Below, piece by piece: positions 24,501-38,249 of a stretch of 64,000 nucleotides of DNA. The notes under the pieces are model-generated. The model saw only the letters and a program-made list of their open reading frames with translations, did no database searches and was not told the DNA's origin. Source of the stretch: Podarcis muralis. Lineage: Eukaryota. The stretch is taken from the NCBI RefSeq assembly GCF_964188315.1, contig NC_135658.1, forward strand, positions 34,472,001 through 34,536,000, given 5' to 3'. The stretch's first letter is position 1, and each line of letters starts with the position of its first letter. Made by a program: the position numbers and the translations under genes.

Positions 24501-27500
24501 GAAATACATGAAACAAAAACCAGTGACCTCCCTTTCCACAAACACATTTAAAAGGCCTTAGAATGTTAATCAGCCAAAGATATGTCGAAATGCTTTTGAC
24601 TGGGCATAAAGATATGTAATGAAGGCACCTTCCTGAGGATAGCATCCCATAAAACGAGAGCCACAGCAGAAAAGGCCAGTTCTTGTGTTGCCACCCTCCA
24701 GACCTCTCCTGGTTTGAAGATGTTGTGTCTTCATAAATAACTGGCAGGGCACATTGATTAGTACGTATTCCTGTTTTGCATACTGACTGGGAAATAGCAG
24801 CTTAAGCTGGGCTAAGCAGGCTGAGGGGGAGATGGAACCCAGATTCACAACTCATGGTGATCAGGTGCAGTCCTAGCATTGCTTTTTAAAAAATGAAATT
24901 TAAATCTATGGGATAGAAGATCTTTTTCAGAGTATTTTCCCCAGACAGATTTTTGTTACTTAAAACCCAATTACCAAAAAGTGTCAATAGTTTGGGCCAG
25001 TGTGTAAATGTGGTTGTAGCATATACACACTACCCATCATTAACATGTTTTAACTGTTGCCCCACTGAAAGCTTTCTTAACATACATAAATAGCAATTCT
25101 CATGATTTTTGTCTGGACCACAGCATGGGACTGAAGGGTGAAATGGCAACACTGGCTGCAAACCTAATTCTGCAATTATTCATTTTAAAATGTTCATGTT
25201 AGATGCCAATATGCATTTCCTAATGCTAAACAAGATGTGACTATATGTAAAGATCCACAGCTGCTCAGCTGCTCCTTTCACTGAAGGTTGACAGTGCCAT
25301 CTTCTGTCTTCTAGATGTACAGCACTAGGGTATAGTATGCAAAATAACACATGGGGGGAAGAAACAGGGTGTTTAAGTAGTATCTCAGTTTTAACTCAGG
25401 CATATAAACTGTCAATACATTCCCTTCCACATGTGATCTTGTAATAGCGTCCACACTGGCCATCGAGGTAGTTAACAGAATACAATCCCACTTGTAGAAT
25501 TTATGGACACTATAAGGGAGGTGGTAGTGAACCTGTGACCCTAAAGATGTTGCTATCAGGACTCCCACCAGCCCTGATCCTTGGCCACACTGGCTAGGGC
25601 TGATGGGAACTGGAGTCCAATTGAACAGCTGAACCAGTTCCCCCTTCCTACAACAGAGCTTTAGATCAATCTAATGTTATTTCCAGGCTACTTAAGGAAA
25701 ATATTTCTTTCTCACAGTAAAGACAACTGAAAGTTGAGAGATTAAAAGGTGGCGTACATTTTTATTTAGCAACAGCTGATTATAGTACAAACCATCACTT
25801 ATTTGGCTGACTAAAGGACAATATGAGAGGCCTTTGTGTGTGAAAATCTTAAAACTGCTTCTGAACAAATCCCACTGAAATGAAAGGGCAATTTCCCTCC
25901 ATTTCAATAGACTTGTGCTAAAGATACTGAGAGTATCTTTAGCACAAGAGACTTGCTTGTCCTTCCTTTGTCCTTCAACTTTCTGTATCTATTTTCACCT
26001 GGGTTCCTTCCCCAGGTCAAGCAATCATCATCTTTGTTCTGTTTATTATATGACTGGTAATAATGAAAGAAGAGAAAGGTAGCCACAACAAAATTAACAG
26101 TTAGTATGAGCAACTAAGAGATTCCTAAGAATTACAGAATCAGCTGACCATCTGCATAAATTGTGGTGTCGACACATGCATGCTATTTACAGGTTATACA
26201 TACTCAATTCTTTAGAAGAATCGCTTTGCAGTGCAAACTGCATCACTGAGTGATTTGCATGAAGTCAAGGTCTTCCATATGCATGTATGTTCAGTGGTGA
26301 CCTTTTTACCATTGATCCTTTGGGATCCACCTTTAAAACTCAGCATTCCGATCCTATGCGTGTTTACTCAGAAATAAGTCCTACAATGTTCAAGGGAACT
26401 CCTATTAAACATGCATAGCATTTGACTGCTTTGAAACTCCAAAGCAGATAGGTTTTAGAAGTGGGGAAATGTAGAATAGAAAAAGAAATTCTTGCTCACC
26501 ACTGAAAAATGAATTGGTGGCACAGAAAAACAAGCAAGCCTGAAACAGTTGCTCAGACTCTTCACCGTCATGTGAAACCGAAGAAATACTGTCAATGGCA
26601 GCAGACATGCATATGCTATTAGCAGGATATCTCTAAACTTCCACTGCCATTGGAGGGGTGGGAATCCCAACTTAAGTTTTCCTTTGGAGGGGTGGGAAAA
26701 CACACAACACACTTCCCTCATCTCCTGCAAGCAGTACAAATAATCTCTTCTCTTATTAGAAAAAAACAACAGGACCAGAACAAAACACATGAAACACAGG
26801 TTTTCATCCAAAATATATAGCTCATTAGAAAGGCAGGAAAAGGGCTTGGTAGCAGAGTACTCTCAGAACACAAATATGAATATCTTTGTAATTGTTTTAA
26901 GTTAAAATAGTGATAACTTAAAATTACAAGTTAAACATATTTGAAGTAGACTACTGTGAAGTAAATTACTGACACCATATAAAGGAATCTCATGAATTTA
27001 CATATTCTGGCAATGTAATCAATATTAACTCCCAGGATTATTATTTTTTAATGGGAGGTAACATTCACCAAGAATATGGTACTGTGCAATCCATTTCAAC
27101 GATTACTCCCTATTAAAAATGCCTAGCTTGCTTAAGAACCAACTCCATCAAAACTGTTAGAAAGCAACCTACCTTGAAACACTACTGGACCAAACTGATT
27201 ATGCAACTCTTTGGCTTGGATACAAAGGTATCTTGCACAAATGGAAATGGGACTTCTGCATGCACATTAGAAGCCCTGTCCATTTTTTTCCAATTCCTCT
27301 GTTCCACTGCATTTTGAGGGACCCTCAGTCCTCAGGAGTTGCTTTTGGCGGAATGTAGGGCAAGGAGCAAAGAAAGCCCCAATTTGCAAACCGAGTTCCA
27401 CTTTGCCTCCAAACTTTTGTTAAATTGCTTTTCCAAGATCTATGAAACGGTCATTGTGTTGCACTTAATGATGTCTGTGAGAGTGGAACAGACTTTTGCT

Positions 27501-27924
27501 CACACAACAGGACTTCACATTCCCCTTCTCCTCGTTGTAGCCCCTCTAGCATCCTCAGTTTGCTCCAGAGGGTGAGATTTTGGAGGTATACTTGGGTAGG
27601 AAAGTAAAATCTTGCTCCATGAGCAGTATACAACACTCAGTGCTGCCCTTAGTTTCACTTAGAAGGCATCAGCCTAGTTCGCATACCAAATTAAACCATA
27701 CTTTACACGTCGTTATTTCACCCATGAAATCACCCACCACTTCTGACTAAGCTACACCAACCATAAGTGGAAGCCAAGGTTTCTTCTTCGTTTACCACTC
27801 ATGGTTTGGCAAGAATCAAATAACAAGCAGAGGGTCACATGTTCCAGCATGTCCAACCAAGGCTTGTTTCCTCCTCTGTGTGCCACAGACAGAAGCCAGG
27901 GAGAACTCATTTATGCAAAACCAG

Positions 27925-27930
27925 TTTATT
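27925..27930 (-). terminator. Candidate polyadenylation signal of TIPRL
   Basis: AATAAA on the minus strand about 560 nt after the stop codon. Confidence 0.4.
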
Positions 27931-28488
27931 TTAAACTACGGTTTAATGTTGCATGTGAACAAGGCCAAATAGTGTTTCTCGTGTATTTCTTATTTAAAGA
28001 CAGACACCATGCAACTGATTAAAAGAGTAATACCATCCACTGAGATCCAAAAACTTACCAATGTGCTTAGTCCTATGAATGTTATGAAACAAGGCCCTTG
28101 TATAACAAAGACTATGTTAAAACAAAGTTCTTCGTAGCTGTTCGAGCTTATGAATGAGTCTTGATTTTTTTCCTAAACCCACTAAACTTTCTTGAAATGC
28201 TGTATGCTTCAAAAGAATTACTGGTGATTTGCGGGTTTATTCTCCAATGTCAGGTAACAGTCCAGAACCAGTTTCAGGGCACATTTGAAATAGACACAAC
28301 GAAAACATTAGCAAAAGTTTGAAATTAGCTCCCTGCTCCTGCCCATCCACAGCTACAGAAATTTTAGTCAGACATCCAAATAGATCTGTATCTAGCAAGT
28401 AGATAAATCTTCAGTGACAACGACCGAGGCATTACATGGTCTCCAGAACAAGGTCTGTTTCAAGTCCACAAAATTACGGAGATCCCGC

Positions 28489-28623
28489 TTAAATGCCTTC
28501 TGGTGCTGCTTCAGATTCAGGATGCAAATTCTCGGGGAACTCCAGCTTCTCACATATGTTCTCCTTGACAGGTAAATACTGAGCAACTTCATTAGGATCC
28601 GTGAAAAGGGGTGGAGGAACATG
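28489..28623 (-). CDS. TIPRL: TIPRL exon 7 (stop codon)
   Basis: [44 protein letters not shown]. Total CDS 807 nt = 268 aa plus stop. Confidence 0.93.
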   Translation of the reverse strand, partial: HVPPPLFTDPNEVAQYLPVKENICEKLEFPENLHPESEAAPEGI

Positions 28624-29056
28624 CTTAAAACCAAAAGAGAAAGAATTATGCAGAGCCCAGCCAAAGAGAAAACCTATCTATAGAGACTTAAAAGGGGCAC
28701 TGTTGAACTTAAATTAGAATTAGTTATTCATACTGTTTATATAACCTTTACACATGTTAACACTAACAAATTTCTGCTTCAAAGCGAGTCTCTCCCCCAT
28801 AAATGGGCAGCTTGAGAAAAATGTCCAGGTAGTGAAAAAGTGCATTACCCTGGAGACTAAAGCTCAGTAAAAAACAACTATTAATGAAAAAGGTCTTACT
28901 ACACAAAATAATTTTTAAATTTAATTTCCCTGGTAATAAAACCTTGTAGATGCTCATGAAAGGTAGCATATGCCAGTGCCCTATCAAAAAGCAATTTGCA
29001 TCAAGAAGTTACCAACACTGACAAGAGAAAGACGCTCATGCTTAAAATGTTAATAC

Positions 29057-29119
29057 CTTTAAGCTTGATATTTTGCTTTCCCTCGAGGTGTATTCCCGTA
29101 ACATGTAGTGTTTATCAGC
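29057..29119 (-). CDS. TIPRL: TIPRL exon 6
   Basis: ADKHYMLREYTSRESKISSLK; canonical splice sites. Confidence 0.94.
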
Positions 29120-30755
29120 CTAGTAAGAAAGAAAACAGCTGAAATGTAACTGCATAAAATAATGTAAGATTCTACAGACAGACATGTTGGAAGGACTGGT
29201 CATGGGGAAGAGGTTAATTCCCGTCATGGGCACAAATCACTCCTTGTATGAGATAAGCCAACAGGTGCAGTGTCAGCCAAACCAGTTGCTATGGCAACTG
29301 CCCAGTGCCAACTATATAGGTGCTCAAGGTATATCAGTTCATTTGTCAGTCAGTGAGTCTGTACTTGACTCAGAGTCTGTATTGCATCTTGTATTGCTGG
29401 AACAACAGAAATATTTTGTATTTGTATAGATCTGTATCTGCAAAGCCTACAAGCTGTATGTATATATCAACGTCCAAAACTGTATTACTGAAGCTTTATC
29501 TTCCATAGCAGTAAACTATTTTGGAGCTTAAGTTGCCTCTGTGTGGTGACTGGAACTGGGGGCACTACCACATCTCACATCAGATTCCCAGATTTACTTT
29601 CAATACATGTGAATACACAGAAATTAAATGTAAGTTGACAATGCAGATGGCTTGGATGTGAGAACATGCTTTTCCCATTACCATTTAGACTAAACTAAAA
29701 TAGAAATCTGTTGCATCAGACCTTAAATTGCTATTGTTTTCAATGAAGATGAGTTTCTGACATCATCCAATCTACAAACCTGAACAAGGAATGTACCAAT
29801 TGTGTTTTTCACCAACAATATCCTTGAAATAATGAATATTACCCAGGTTGTGTGGAATCTTAGCAAGACTAATTTGAAATTATACCTAAGCAATCTTTCC
29901 ATATCATTTGTGAGTGACAGAATTATTTTGTCTAGCTTAACAGATACTGTTCCATTGCATGAATGAAACTTGACAGTTGAACTTGACATCTAGACTTGAC
30001 AAATGTTAATTTGTATATTAATTTGCATTTATTGCAATGTGTATTTTTGTTTATTCATTTTGAATTTTTGTTTACTGAATCGTCTTTTAAGGTTGTCAAC
30101 TGCCTTAGGATGGGTATGGAAAGCAGTATGTGTTAAAAATGAACCTGAATAGTTTAGTTTAAAGGCATTTCTTCTACAAGAGTCCATATCAGTACTTATG
30201 ACTATGAATCCATAGGCACCTGCAGGATTTTTAGGGGGGGGAGGGAGAACACTGAAGGCGGAGAGAGCAAGCTAGTTCCCCCCCCCCCAAAAAAAACGGG
30301 ACTGTACATTTTGCTTCATATCACAAGATTTACAAATGCTAGGAACTTACTCTTTTTAAAAAAAGAAAGCTAGGAAACCAGAGATTATGTTTACTCCAGG
30401 GCAACTGCCCCCCCCCCAATGCCCTTGCATAAATCTACTAAGGGTGCACAGTTCTAAGGGGACAAAAATCATGTGCAGAGAAGTCTGTACTTAGTCTTCT
30501 TAAGACTCCAGGAACCTACTCAAACTAGATTGACAATTCCTAAGAAACAGGAAGCCATCTTCCTGCACCTATCATGATATCGCTAAAGAGCGCTCTCTCT
30601 CTCTATATATATTTATATATCTTTTGTAATGGCTTTGGCTAGACAATATAAATAATAATAACAAACATACAAATCACAGCATATGGCGTTTCATTTCTAA
30701 ATATTAACCATTTTATGGTCTTCAGAACAAAATAAGCATATTAGGATTTCCTTAC

Positions 30756-30851
30756 CTCATGATAAAGCCTTGTATCATTCATTCTGATAAGCACACCATC
30801 AACTCGCAGGAAAAACCTCAAGAGCACAAAGAAGCTTGAAGGCATTACCCT
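30756..30851 (-). CDS. TIPRL: TIPRL exon 5
   Basis: [32 protein letters not shown]; donor gtaagg. Confidence 0.95.
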
Positions 30852-30908
30852 CTGTGAAAAACAGGAAAAATAATTTGCACTTGCACACATCTACAATATT
30901 TTGCTCTT

Positions 30909-31007
30909 AAAAGGTAAAGGTACCCCTGACCGTTAGGTCCAGTCGCAGACGACTCTGGGGTTGCGGCACTCATCTCGCTCTAAAGGTCGAGAGAGCCGGC
31001 GTTTGTC
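30909..31007 (-). mobile_element. Truncated Sauria SINE 3' end in TIPRL intron 4
   Basis: aaaggtaaaggtacccctgaccgttaggtccagtcg is the reverse complement of the 3' end of the full-length copies. Confidence 0.8.
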
Positions 31008-31642
31008 CTAATAAAAACTTCATTGTGTAGCTCTTTTTCCACCGTTCAACTAAAATACTTTCTTGTGGATATTTATCCTCTAAAATGGTAAATATTATGC
31101 AAGAGTAAAGCTTAACTAAAATGTCTGACCTGTACTCAGTTTTAAACAAAGTCTTACAAAAAAACAACAACATGCATACCAATCACAACTTTAGTGTTAC
31201 AAAATATACATTGTTACAAAGTAATTATTATCAGAAACTCAGATTTAAATCTTCAGACAGCATCTCAGATTGCACAAAAATAATAAAGTGCCAACTACAA
31301 GTTAGTATCAAGTTAATATCAGTACAGAACTTCAATTGAATCTGAATAGCCTTTACAAGATAATTATCTTGTCCTTTTAATGGAACCTCATAAGCCAGAT
31401 CCTTCCTGTCTCAAAGTCTTAAGCAAAGCAAAAGTTGGGGTGGAAACTGCATCCAGCCTATCATTACTGGTTATTTTTTATTATATTGCTTAATGTCAAA
31501 ATAAGCTTTTAAGCAATTTACAATATAACACAGAGAAAGAAATGTAAGTTTGGGCACTACACCTTTTCGTTTTTTCCTTCAGTCAAACTCTAAAGACATT
31601 TCCTACTGTAAGATATAACATGTACAAAGTGACCGAACTCAC

Positions 31643-31774
31643 TATTTTTACACTCAGGCTTGAAACTCCATGATCATGAAGTTCATCTTCAAACAGAAGT
31701 ATTTCCTCAAAGAACATAATCTGTTCCCTGGCTTTTAGTTTCTCTGTATCTATATGTTCTGTTGTGGGAGAAAC
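31643..31774 (-). CDS. TIPRL: TIPRL exon 4
   Basis: [44 protein letters not shown]; donor gtgagt. Confidence 0.95.
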
Positions 31775-31892
31775 CTGGAAGAGGCAAAATAATTTAAAAG
31801 TTATGGGTTTTTTAAAAAATGCTCGTCAGACATTGTTTAACTGCTTAGTACTACAAAGTTTGCAGCCGTTAAGAGCAGATTTAAGAACGTAC

Positions 31893-31992
31893 CTTTAACC
31901 TTAATGTATCACCTAGAAGAGTTCCTTTGTAATCTGTTGTATAGGTCCAGTCATATGGTTTAACAACTTCTTTTGTGTGCTCAGGCTCAGAC
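31893..31992 (-). CDS. TIPRL: TIPRL exon 3
   Basis: [33 protein letters not shown]; donor gtacgt. Confidence 0.95.
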
Positions 31993-32550
31993 CTTAAGGA
32001 AAAAGATACACAACTATGTAGAATGTCAGATTCAGAACCAAAGGATCTTTACAGATAGACCCAGTTTTTTATAGAGGCTATGGAAATGTCGCCTGTATAT
32101 TTGCAAATTCCTAGAGATGCTGAAGATTGACATAAAATTATTAGCTGTACAATATCAGTTTTGTTTATTCTAGATCAGAAATCATATAAATTTTTTTGCT
32201 CAAGTTTTTGCTCAAAGTTGTTGGCTAGCACATCTGTATTAGCAAGCAGAAATGTCAGAAAACTATTTCATCATAACTAAAGTTGTGGACACAAGAAGTA
32301 ATAAGCATATGAGACACTGTTAGTGGGTGGTTCCCTTACATCACGATCTCAAAAACCGTGAGTCGAGGGAAAGAGAAAATGTACAATAATATGTTATTTA
32401 TGTTAAGGGAGAAAGTGACAAGCATTAAGCATTTATCCAGGTTACATCTCAAGTGGGTGACATAAAAAGTAAAAATCTAAGATATTGCTCCAAAGTAGCT
32501 GAACGTATTAATTTGTCATATTAGATTAGATTAATCTTATATCTTATTAC

Positions 32551-32730
32551 CTGCTTTCTTGCCACTCCTCTGCACAGGCAACTTTAACCATGCCTTGAGT
32601 GCTATTTACACATCTTAAGGCATCAGTTGCATTGAACTCTATTCCAAAGAGAGATTCATGTTGAATTCTTAAGACATTGTCTCCAAACATCATTTCTGGA
32701 ACACAAGGAATGTGTAGTTCTTCAGCTAAT
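32551..32730 (-). CDS. TIPRL: TIPRL exon 2
   Basis: [59 protein letters not shown](R). Confidence 0.95.
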
Positions 32731-33214
32731 CTGCATGGAAACAAAAAAGGTATGTCACTTTGGAATTATTTCACACTAACCACATAATTTAAAACAGAGA
32801 CATAATTTGTTCTGAAGAATATTACAATATGCCACATCTAATTCCAAATATAGTAACACTGAATCAGCTGTGCTTATTTAAGATGAAATTAGCTCTGGAG
32901 AGTCTAAGCTTCCCCAAACATGTATGTTCCTTTCATTTTTGGTCTGTCTCATAAGTCCCCAGCTAGACCGCAAGAGGTTAATTCACTGGAGGTCGCAATT
33001 TACCACAATACCTTCACAGCACATGGGCACCACAAATACACTTGTCAGAACAACGTTAGCATTTAACAAGAGGATTTGCCACAAACGTAGCAGCACGTGA
33101 AGCAGCCCATAGAAAGCAAGAAAGTAAACTACAAACATATCACTTACAAATAACTGGTGAGGTGTATATGATCTGATTGATCAGAGGACTTAGTCGTCTG
33201 GCAGAAACCTTACA

Positions 33215-33441
33215 CAGTGGTACCTCGGGTTAAGTACTTAATTCATTCCGGAGGTCCGTTCTTAACCTGAAACTGTTCTTAACCTGAAGCACCACTTTAG
33301 CTAATGGGGCCTCCTGCTGCTGCTGCACCGCCGGAGCATGATTTCTGTTCTCATCCTGAAGCAAAGTTCTTAACCTGAAGCACTATTTCTGGGTTAGCGG
33401 AGTCTGTAACCTGAAGCGTATGTAACCCGAGGTACCACTTG
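33215..33441. mobile_element. Tc1/mariner-type MITE (same family as 54942 and 59280)
   Basis: TIRs cagtggtacctcggg / cccgaggtaccact; interior is the reverse complement of 54942-55173. Confidence 0.85.
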
Positions 33442-33599
33442 TAACTTGATCACTTAAAACAGCATGCCGGTTCAGAAACCTTAAAAGCATCCCCGCCCTC
33501 CTGCAAAGCATTTGCTTTCTGCACACTTGGGCTCAGGTGGGATTTTTAGGAAAATGGAAAAGGCTGTCGGTCGGGGGGGGGGGGTCACTTTACGTTTCA

Positions 33600-34330
33600 G
33601 TCGCCCAGGGAGATTTCCGGGCTTGTTTTCATTGAAATCCCATCAATAAAAGCCGCCGGCCATCCGAATTGGCCCGCTGCAACCTGAAGGGCTCGGCCGA
33701 CCCAGAAGCGAAGGCTCTGGCGACAGTGTTCCCTAGCATCCCCGCCCCCCGCCTCGCACCTCTCGGCCTCCGACGACTTGATGATGTGGGTCCGAGCGGC
33801 CGTCAGCTTCCACGGCCCGAAAGTGAAGTCTCTCCGGCTGCTCTTGAATACGGGCATCATGTTGGCGGCGATGGAAGTAGCATAGAGAGGGCGAAGCGGG
33901 AGAGGGAGCGACTTCCGGACACCCTTCCAGGAGGAAAGCCCCGAAAAGGAGCCGTCGGAGGAATTAGTAGCGGGGTCTATTGTTGCTTTTTTTCTCCCCT
34001 CCCCCAAACAGCCGCCACCGGAAACAGAAAGAACCCTGTTTCCGCTTCCGGGTTCATCACATGTGCTTTGCAAAGAGGCTGCAGTCTTTCGCTAGTAACA
34101 TTTCCGGTTCTTGGTTGAAGTCGGTGCCGTCTCCCATGTGCGGGGCAAATGCATGTGAATCCGTGGGGAAACTCAAGTAAGGAGGCCCTTTGTCGACGAG
34201 GCGCTTGAAATAGTTGCGCCCCCTTTCCCCCAAATCCCATGCAAAGGGCAAAAGAGACTAAACAAGGATGAGAGGCTCGTTTGTTTTCTTCGCAGGGGTT
34301 ACACCGGGTTGGTGGGTGCGGAGTTTCTGC
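33600..34330 (-). promoter_or_regulatory. CpG-island promoter of TIPRL
   Basis: CpG-rich, with ETS/GABP-type cores (ACTTCCGG near 33911, GCTTCCGG near 34045) upstream of the ATG. Limits approximate. Confidence 0.8.
33760..33860 (-). CDS. TIPRL: TIP41-like protein (PP2A regulator), exon 1
   Basis: MMPVFKSSRRDFTFGPWKLTAARTHIIKSSEAE(R); donor AG|gtgcga; CpG island. Confidence 0.93.
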
Positions 34331-35092
34331 CCTCTCCAAAGCCTCAGAGAAAGCAGAAATTAAACAGAAAGTGACATGCTTAAAGTGATGACCGTTCATT
34401 TTCTACCTGCTGTGTAGTTTTGAAATATCCCGGGAGTGTATGTAACCCACAGGTGCAATGTTTTCGACAGAATCGTTGTGTCTACCCAAAAGATGCACAG
34501 GGTTTTGTTTTGTTTTTTAAAAAAAGTGGTAGACAGGCTCCCATGCCTTTAAAGGCTGTGTTGCAGGCACAACTTCAATTGGTGCAGTCTTCCCCTTATG
34601 GAGACATGGGGGTTGCATCTGTTGAATATCTGCTTTTTATGCAGCCCTGTAGCCACAGGAGGACCTGACTCCCTGGAGGAAATTCAAACGCACCTTGTCT
34701 GAATTTTTAGTTTTCATTTAACAACAAACCTCTAGCTCTTGCAAGATATAAACGCAGTCAGAATGATACCCAACTGAGCACTAAGAACTAAATTTGCTCT
34801 CACTATTTAGTAGTCTGGCCAATGAATGCACTAGGTCCTTATTTTTACGTTGTATAAATCATGTTGTTGTTGGCATCTGTCGGTCTCAGGAGACAGTGGA
34901 AGAGTGCACCTTAGCTGGTAAAGTCAAAACAGTTGCAGAGTCACAGTGCCTCCTGTGGCTGTAGAGACTGATACAGGAGAGATATGTTTTGTTGCAAGTG
35001 GGGTAGATGAAGGCTTCTGGTTATGCTACTATAGGCGCACCATTGTGTTGCTTCTCTTTGTGCTCCTCCCAGTAGTTACTCTCCCTCTAGTT

Positions 35093-35237
35093 CAGCCTTT
35101 CTCAACCTGTGGGCCCCCAGATGTTGTTGGACTACAACTCCCATCCCATACAACCCCTAGCTAGCAAAGCCAGAGCTCAGGGATGCTGGGAGTTGTAGTC
35201 CAACAACATCTGGGGACCCACAAGTTGAGAACCGCTG
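35093..35237. mobile_element. Palindromic hAT-like MITE with GACTACAACTCCCA arms; partial relatives at ~25545, ~37570, ~39781, ~48700, ~53560, ~61490
   Basis: ctcaacctgtgggcccccagatgttgttggactacaactccca is nearly self-complementary to tgggagttgtagtccaacaacatctggggacccacaagttgag. Confidence 0.75.
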
Positions 35238-35471
35238 CCACTGCTGTAGATACACAACCTGTCTTTCTCTAGGCACTGTGGTTGTCTGCAGGGGATTCAC
35301 ACAGGGCATGGTTAATGTTGCCACCCTTCATGTCACATTTGCAGACGTAACAGAGTTGATCTGCTAACCGGCCTAGTGCCTGAAGCCAGCTCCCTGTGGA
35401 GCACGTCCTTGGGGATCCTGCCATCTTCCATTCTGCGGATGTGACCAAGCCAGCATAGACGTCACTGAGAG

Positions 35472-35620
35472 GACAAGCTTATTGGCAAGGCAACTATGGC
35501 ATTGGTTCGCCTCTCCAAAAGGCTGTGGGAGAATGTGATGCTAACAACCAAGATCAAGGTCAACCAGGCTTGCCTTGTTAACCATGCTGCTTTATGGAAG
35601 TGAGTTGTGGACGACTTATA
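35472..35620 (+). mobile_element. Degenerate RTE-clade LINE ORF fragment
   Basis: Translates with one frameshift to DKLIGKATMALVRLSKRLWENVMLTTKIKVNQACL/TMLLYGSELWTTY, a typical RTE post-RT motif. Confidence 0.75.
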
Positions 35621-36924
35621 AATCAGTGTTTAATGACTTGGTATATGGCAATTTCTTATGTTCCTCTGGGGATGGGGGGAGGCAGCAGCTTCTTCTCTTC
35701 CTTCTTCCATTTTCACTTCAGCACACTGGACTTCCCTTCCCCTGAGAACAAGGAGCAGCAACTGTTGTCCAGGCTAAGGGATGGCCAGTTGAAGGTGGCC
35801 TGCCCAGGGTGTGGCAAAATCCTTCAGTGGACTCCACCCTCATATTCCATACCCCTCTGTTCCATAAGAGTTCTGTGTCAAACATTCATCAAAAATCTGT
35901 TATCTTCTCATTTTCTGGCCAAGCACATACTTTACCTTTGTTCCTTCAACTGCCCAATTAACAGTTTCTATTTACTCTCTAAATCATTTAATCTAAATAG
36001 GGAATAAAGTGGTGCTTTAAATTCTGCCAGTTGGATAGAGCTATGTGGGTAGAGAAGAGCAAGGAAAGACACCGAATAAACAAAACGCTTACTTCATCAT
36101 AATTCTTCATTTATTAACAAAACCAATCAAATGTTACATACACGAAATGCTTGCTTTTAACTTTTCTGTGTCTTCGAACACTTGCCAGCAGCTTAAGTGC
36201 ATTTAGGAAACACCCACCCACAGAGTTTTCTGTTCCAACACCCAGTGATATAGCAAGCTCACCCAGTGAGCAAAAGGATTTTTCTTTTGGCTAGAACGCA
36301 TGTTTATCTTACTCTTCCACATTTCAGAGATGAAATTAGGCCAGCTCTTGAGTGTTCGCAGTAGCCTTATTCTTACAGCCAGGACTGGCTGAGTCCAGAT
36401 ACATATTTATAGATATTACACAGGACTCTTCTCCATTTACTGTACATCATAAGTTTTCTTTTTTCAAACAATTTAAGAATGTTTAATCTCACAAATAATA
36501 TGGTTCTTCTTATTGGAGAATAGCTGAAACTCATTTTTACATGTTGCTGTTACTCAGCTATACAAAAGTAACCCATATGTACTCAGAAGCTGCCAGATCC
36601 AGTTGTCTTCCAACAGCTCACAAGCCTAGCTGCTAATCCATGCTATACACAACCCCAAAGAAGTGTGTAGAATTTGTAACTCAACTGTACGACAACTATA
36701 AAATCTTCCTCCAAAGGAGTTCAGGGTGATATACACAGTTCTTACTGCCTTTTCATCCTTAAAACTTTGTGCAACAGGAGACACTCATCTATCTATTACT
36801 AGTGGTGGCAAGAATGTCAATGGCCAGCAAATGGAAAACTTGTTCATCTCTCTCCATTGATTATTGGTTTGGTATAGTCCGGGATATAGCTCTCTCTGAG
36901 CATCTTACATATCAAAGAAAAGTA

Positions 36925-37093
36925 CCATATTTTTCGCTCTATAACACGCACCCGACCATAACATGCACATAGTTTTTAGAGGAGGAAAATCCGTAGGCAT
37001 GCCACCCGTGGGCATTCCCTCCATAACACGCACAGACATTTCCCCTTACTTTCTAGGAGGAAAAAAGTGAGTGTTATGGCGCAAAAAATACGG
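36925..37093. mobile_element. pogo/Tigger-like MITE
   Basis: TIRs ccatatttttcgctctataa / ttatggcgcaaaaaatacgg with TA flanks. Confidence 0.75.
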
Positions 37094-38249
37094 TAACTAG
37101 GGGAGAATCTAAATCAGATCATTTTTATGCTATTTGGTCAATTTTTTATATATATACATCAATACAACAGAGATGGAACATAGATAATGGTCCAATTAAG
37201 TTTGTAGAGAGACTATGTTCTAGAAGAATAGGATTAAGTGATTTCTCAATCCCTTGTATTGTGATTATAAAAGATGCATCGCATGGATTAATGTAGGGAA
37301 TTGTTTTACCTTTCTCTTATCCATTGCAGTTTTCCTTATTCTCCCCTTGCTGATATAGAACTTTGATGTTGTTTTTATTTTGTCTTTATTTTAAAAATTA
37401 ATCAAGTTTCTCTCTCTAAAAAGCTTTGTGAAATAGGTAAAGGAAGAGATCTTGCCCAGTGAGCTTCATGCCCGAGCTGAGCTTTGCTTCCAGATCTTCC
37501 CAATCCTAGCCAGACACATCCATACCAGACATTTAAAGCATATTTACACCGCTGTCATGGCTTCCCGTAAAGTATCCTGGGAACTGTAGTTTGTTAATGG
37601 CACTGGGAATTGGGAATTACAGTTCCCAGGATTCTTTGGAGGAAGTCAGTGTTGCCACTACTCCACACTGGCTCTCAGCTTAATTCATTTTGGATCAGTC
37701 AGAAGAATTTAGCCCAGGCGTGGGCACCTTGAATCCCTCAGGAGTCATCTTCCAGGGCTGCATTCCAGAGGTGGGCAGGCCTGGAACCAAAACTGGGTGG
37801 AACAACTTCTTTTCTTCCACCGGCTTCTCCTTTCCTCTCTTTGCCACCAACATTCTGAAATTACTCCAAGGGCTGCATGAAATTAAGCAGAGGGCCGCAG
37901 GTTCCTTAACTCTGCTTTAGTTTGATGGAATAGGATGCAAACTGTTGGAAAACCTGCTGAATTCTGTAACTTAATTGAAGGTGCTTTGTGTCATTGAAGG
38001 AAAGCCCTTTTTGCAAAGTTAGTGCTGTTCTGATCTTGCCCTAAAATACTGTGGATTCCATCCCTTTCCCACAAATACTCCTTTCTCTTCCTATCTCTCT
38101 CCGTGTTGAGTTTTGAGTCTGGTGCACAGCAAAATGGAGGGGAGAGAGAGAAAGTTTATGGAGTGTGAAAGACAGGAATCCTGAGGGTGGAGGGGAGAAC
38201 AGCTATATAACATAAACTGTTTAATACTGGCGGTGAACCAAAGTACTGC

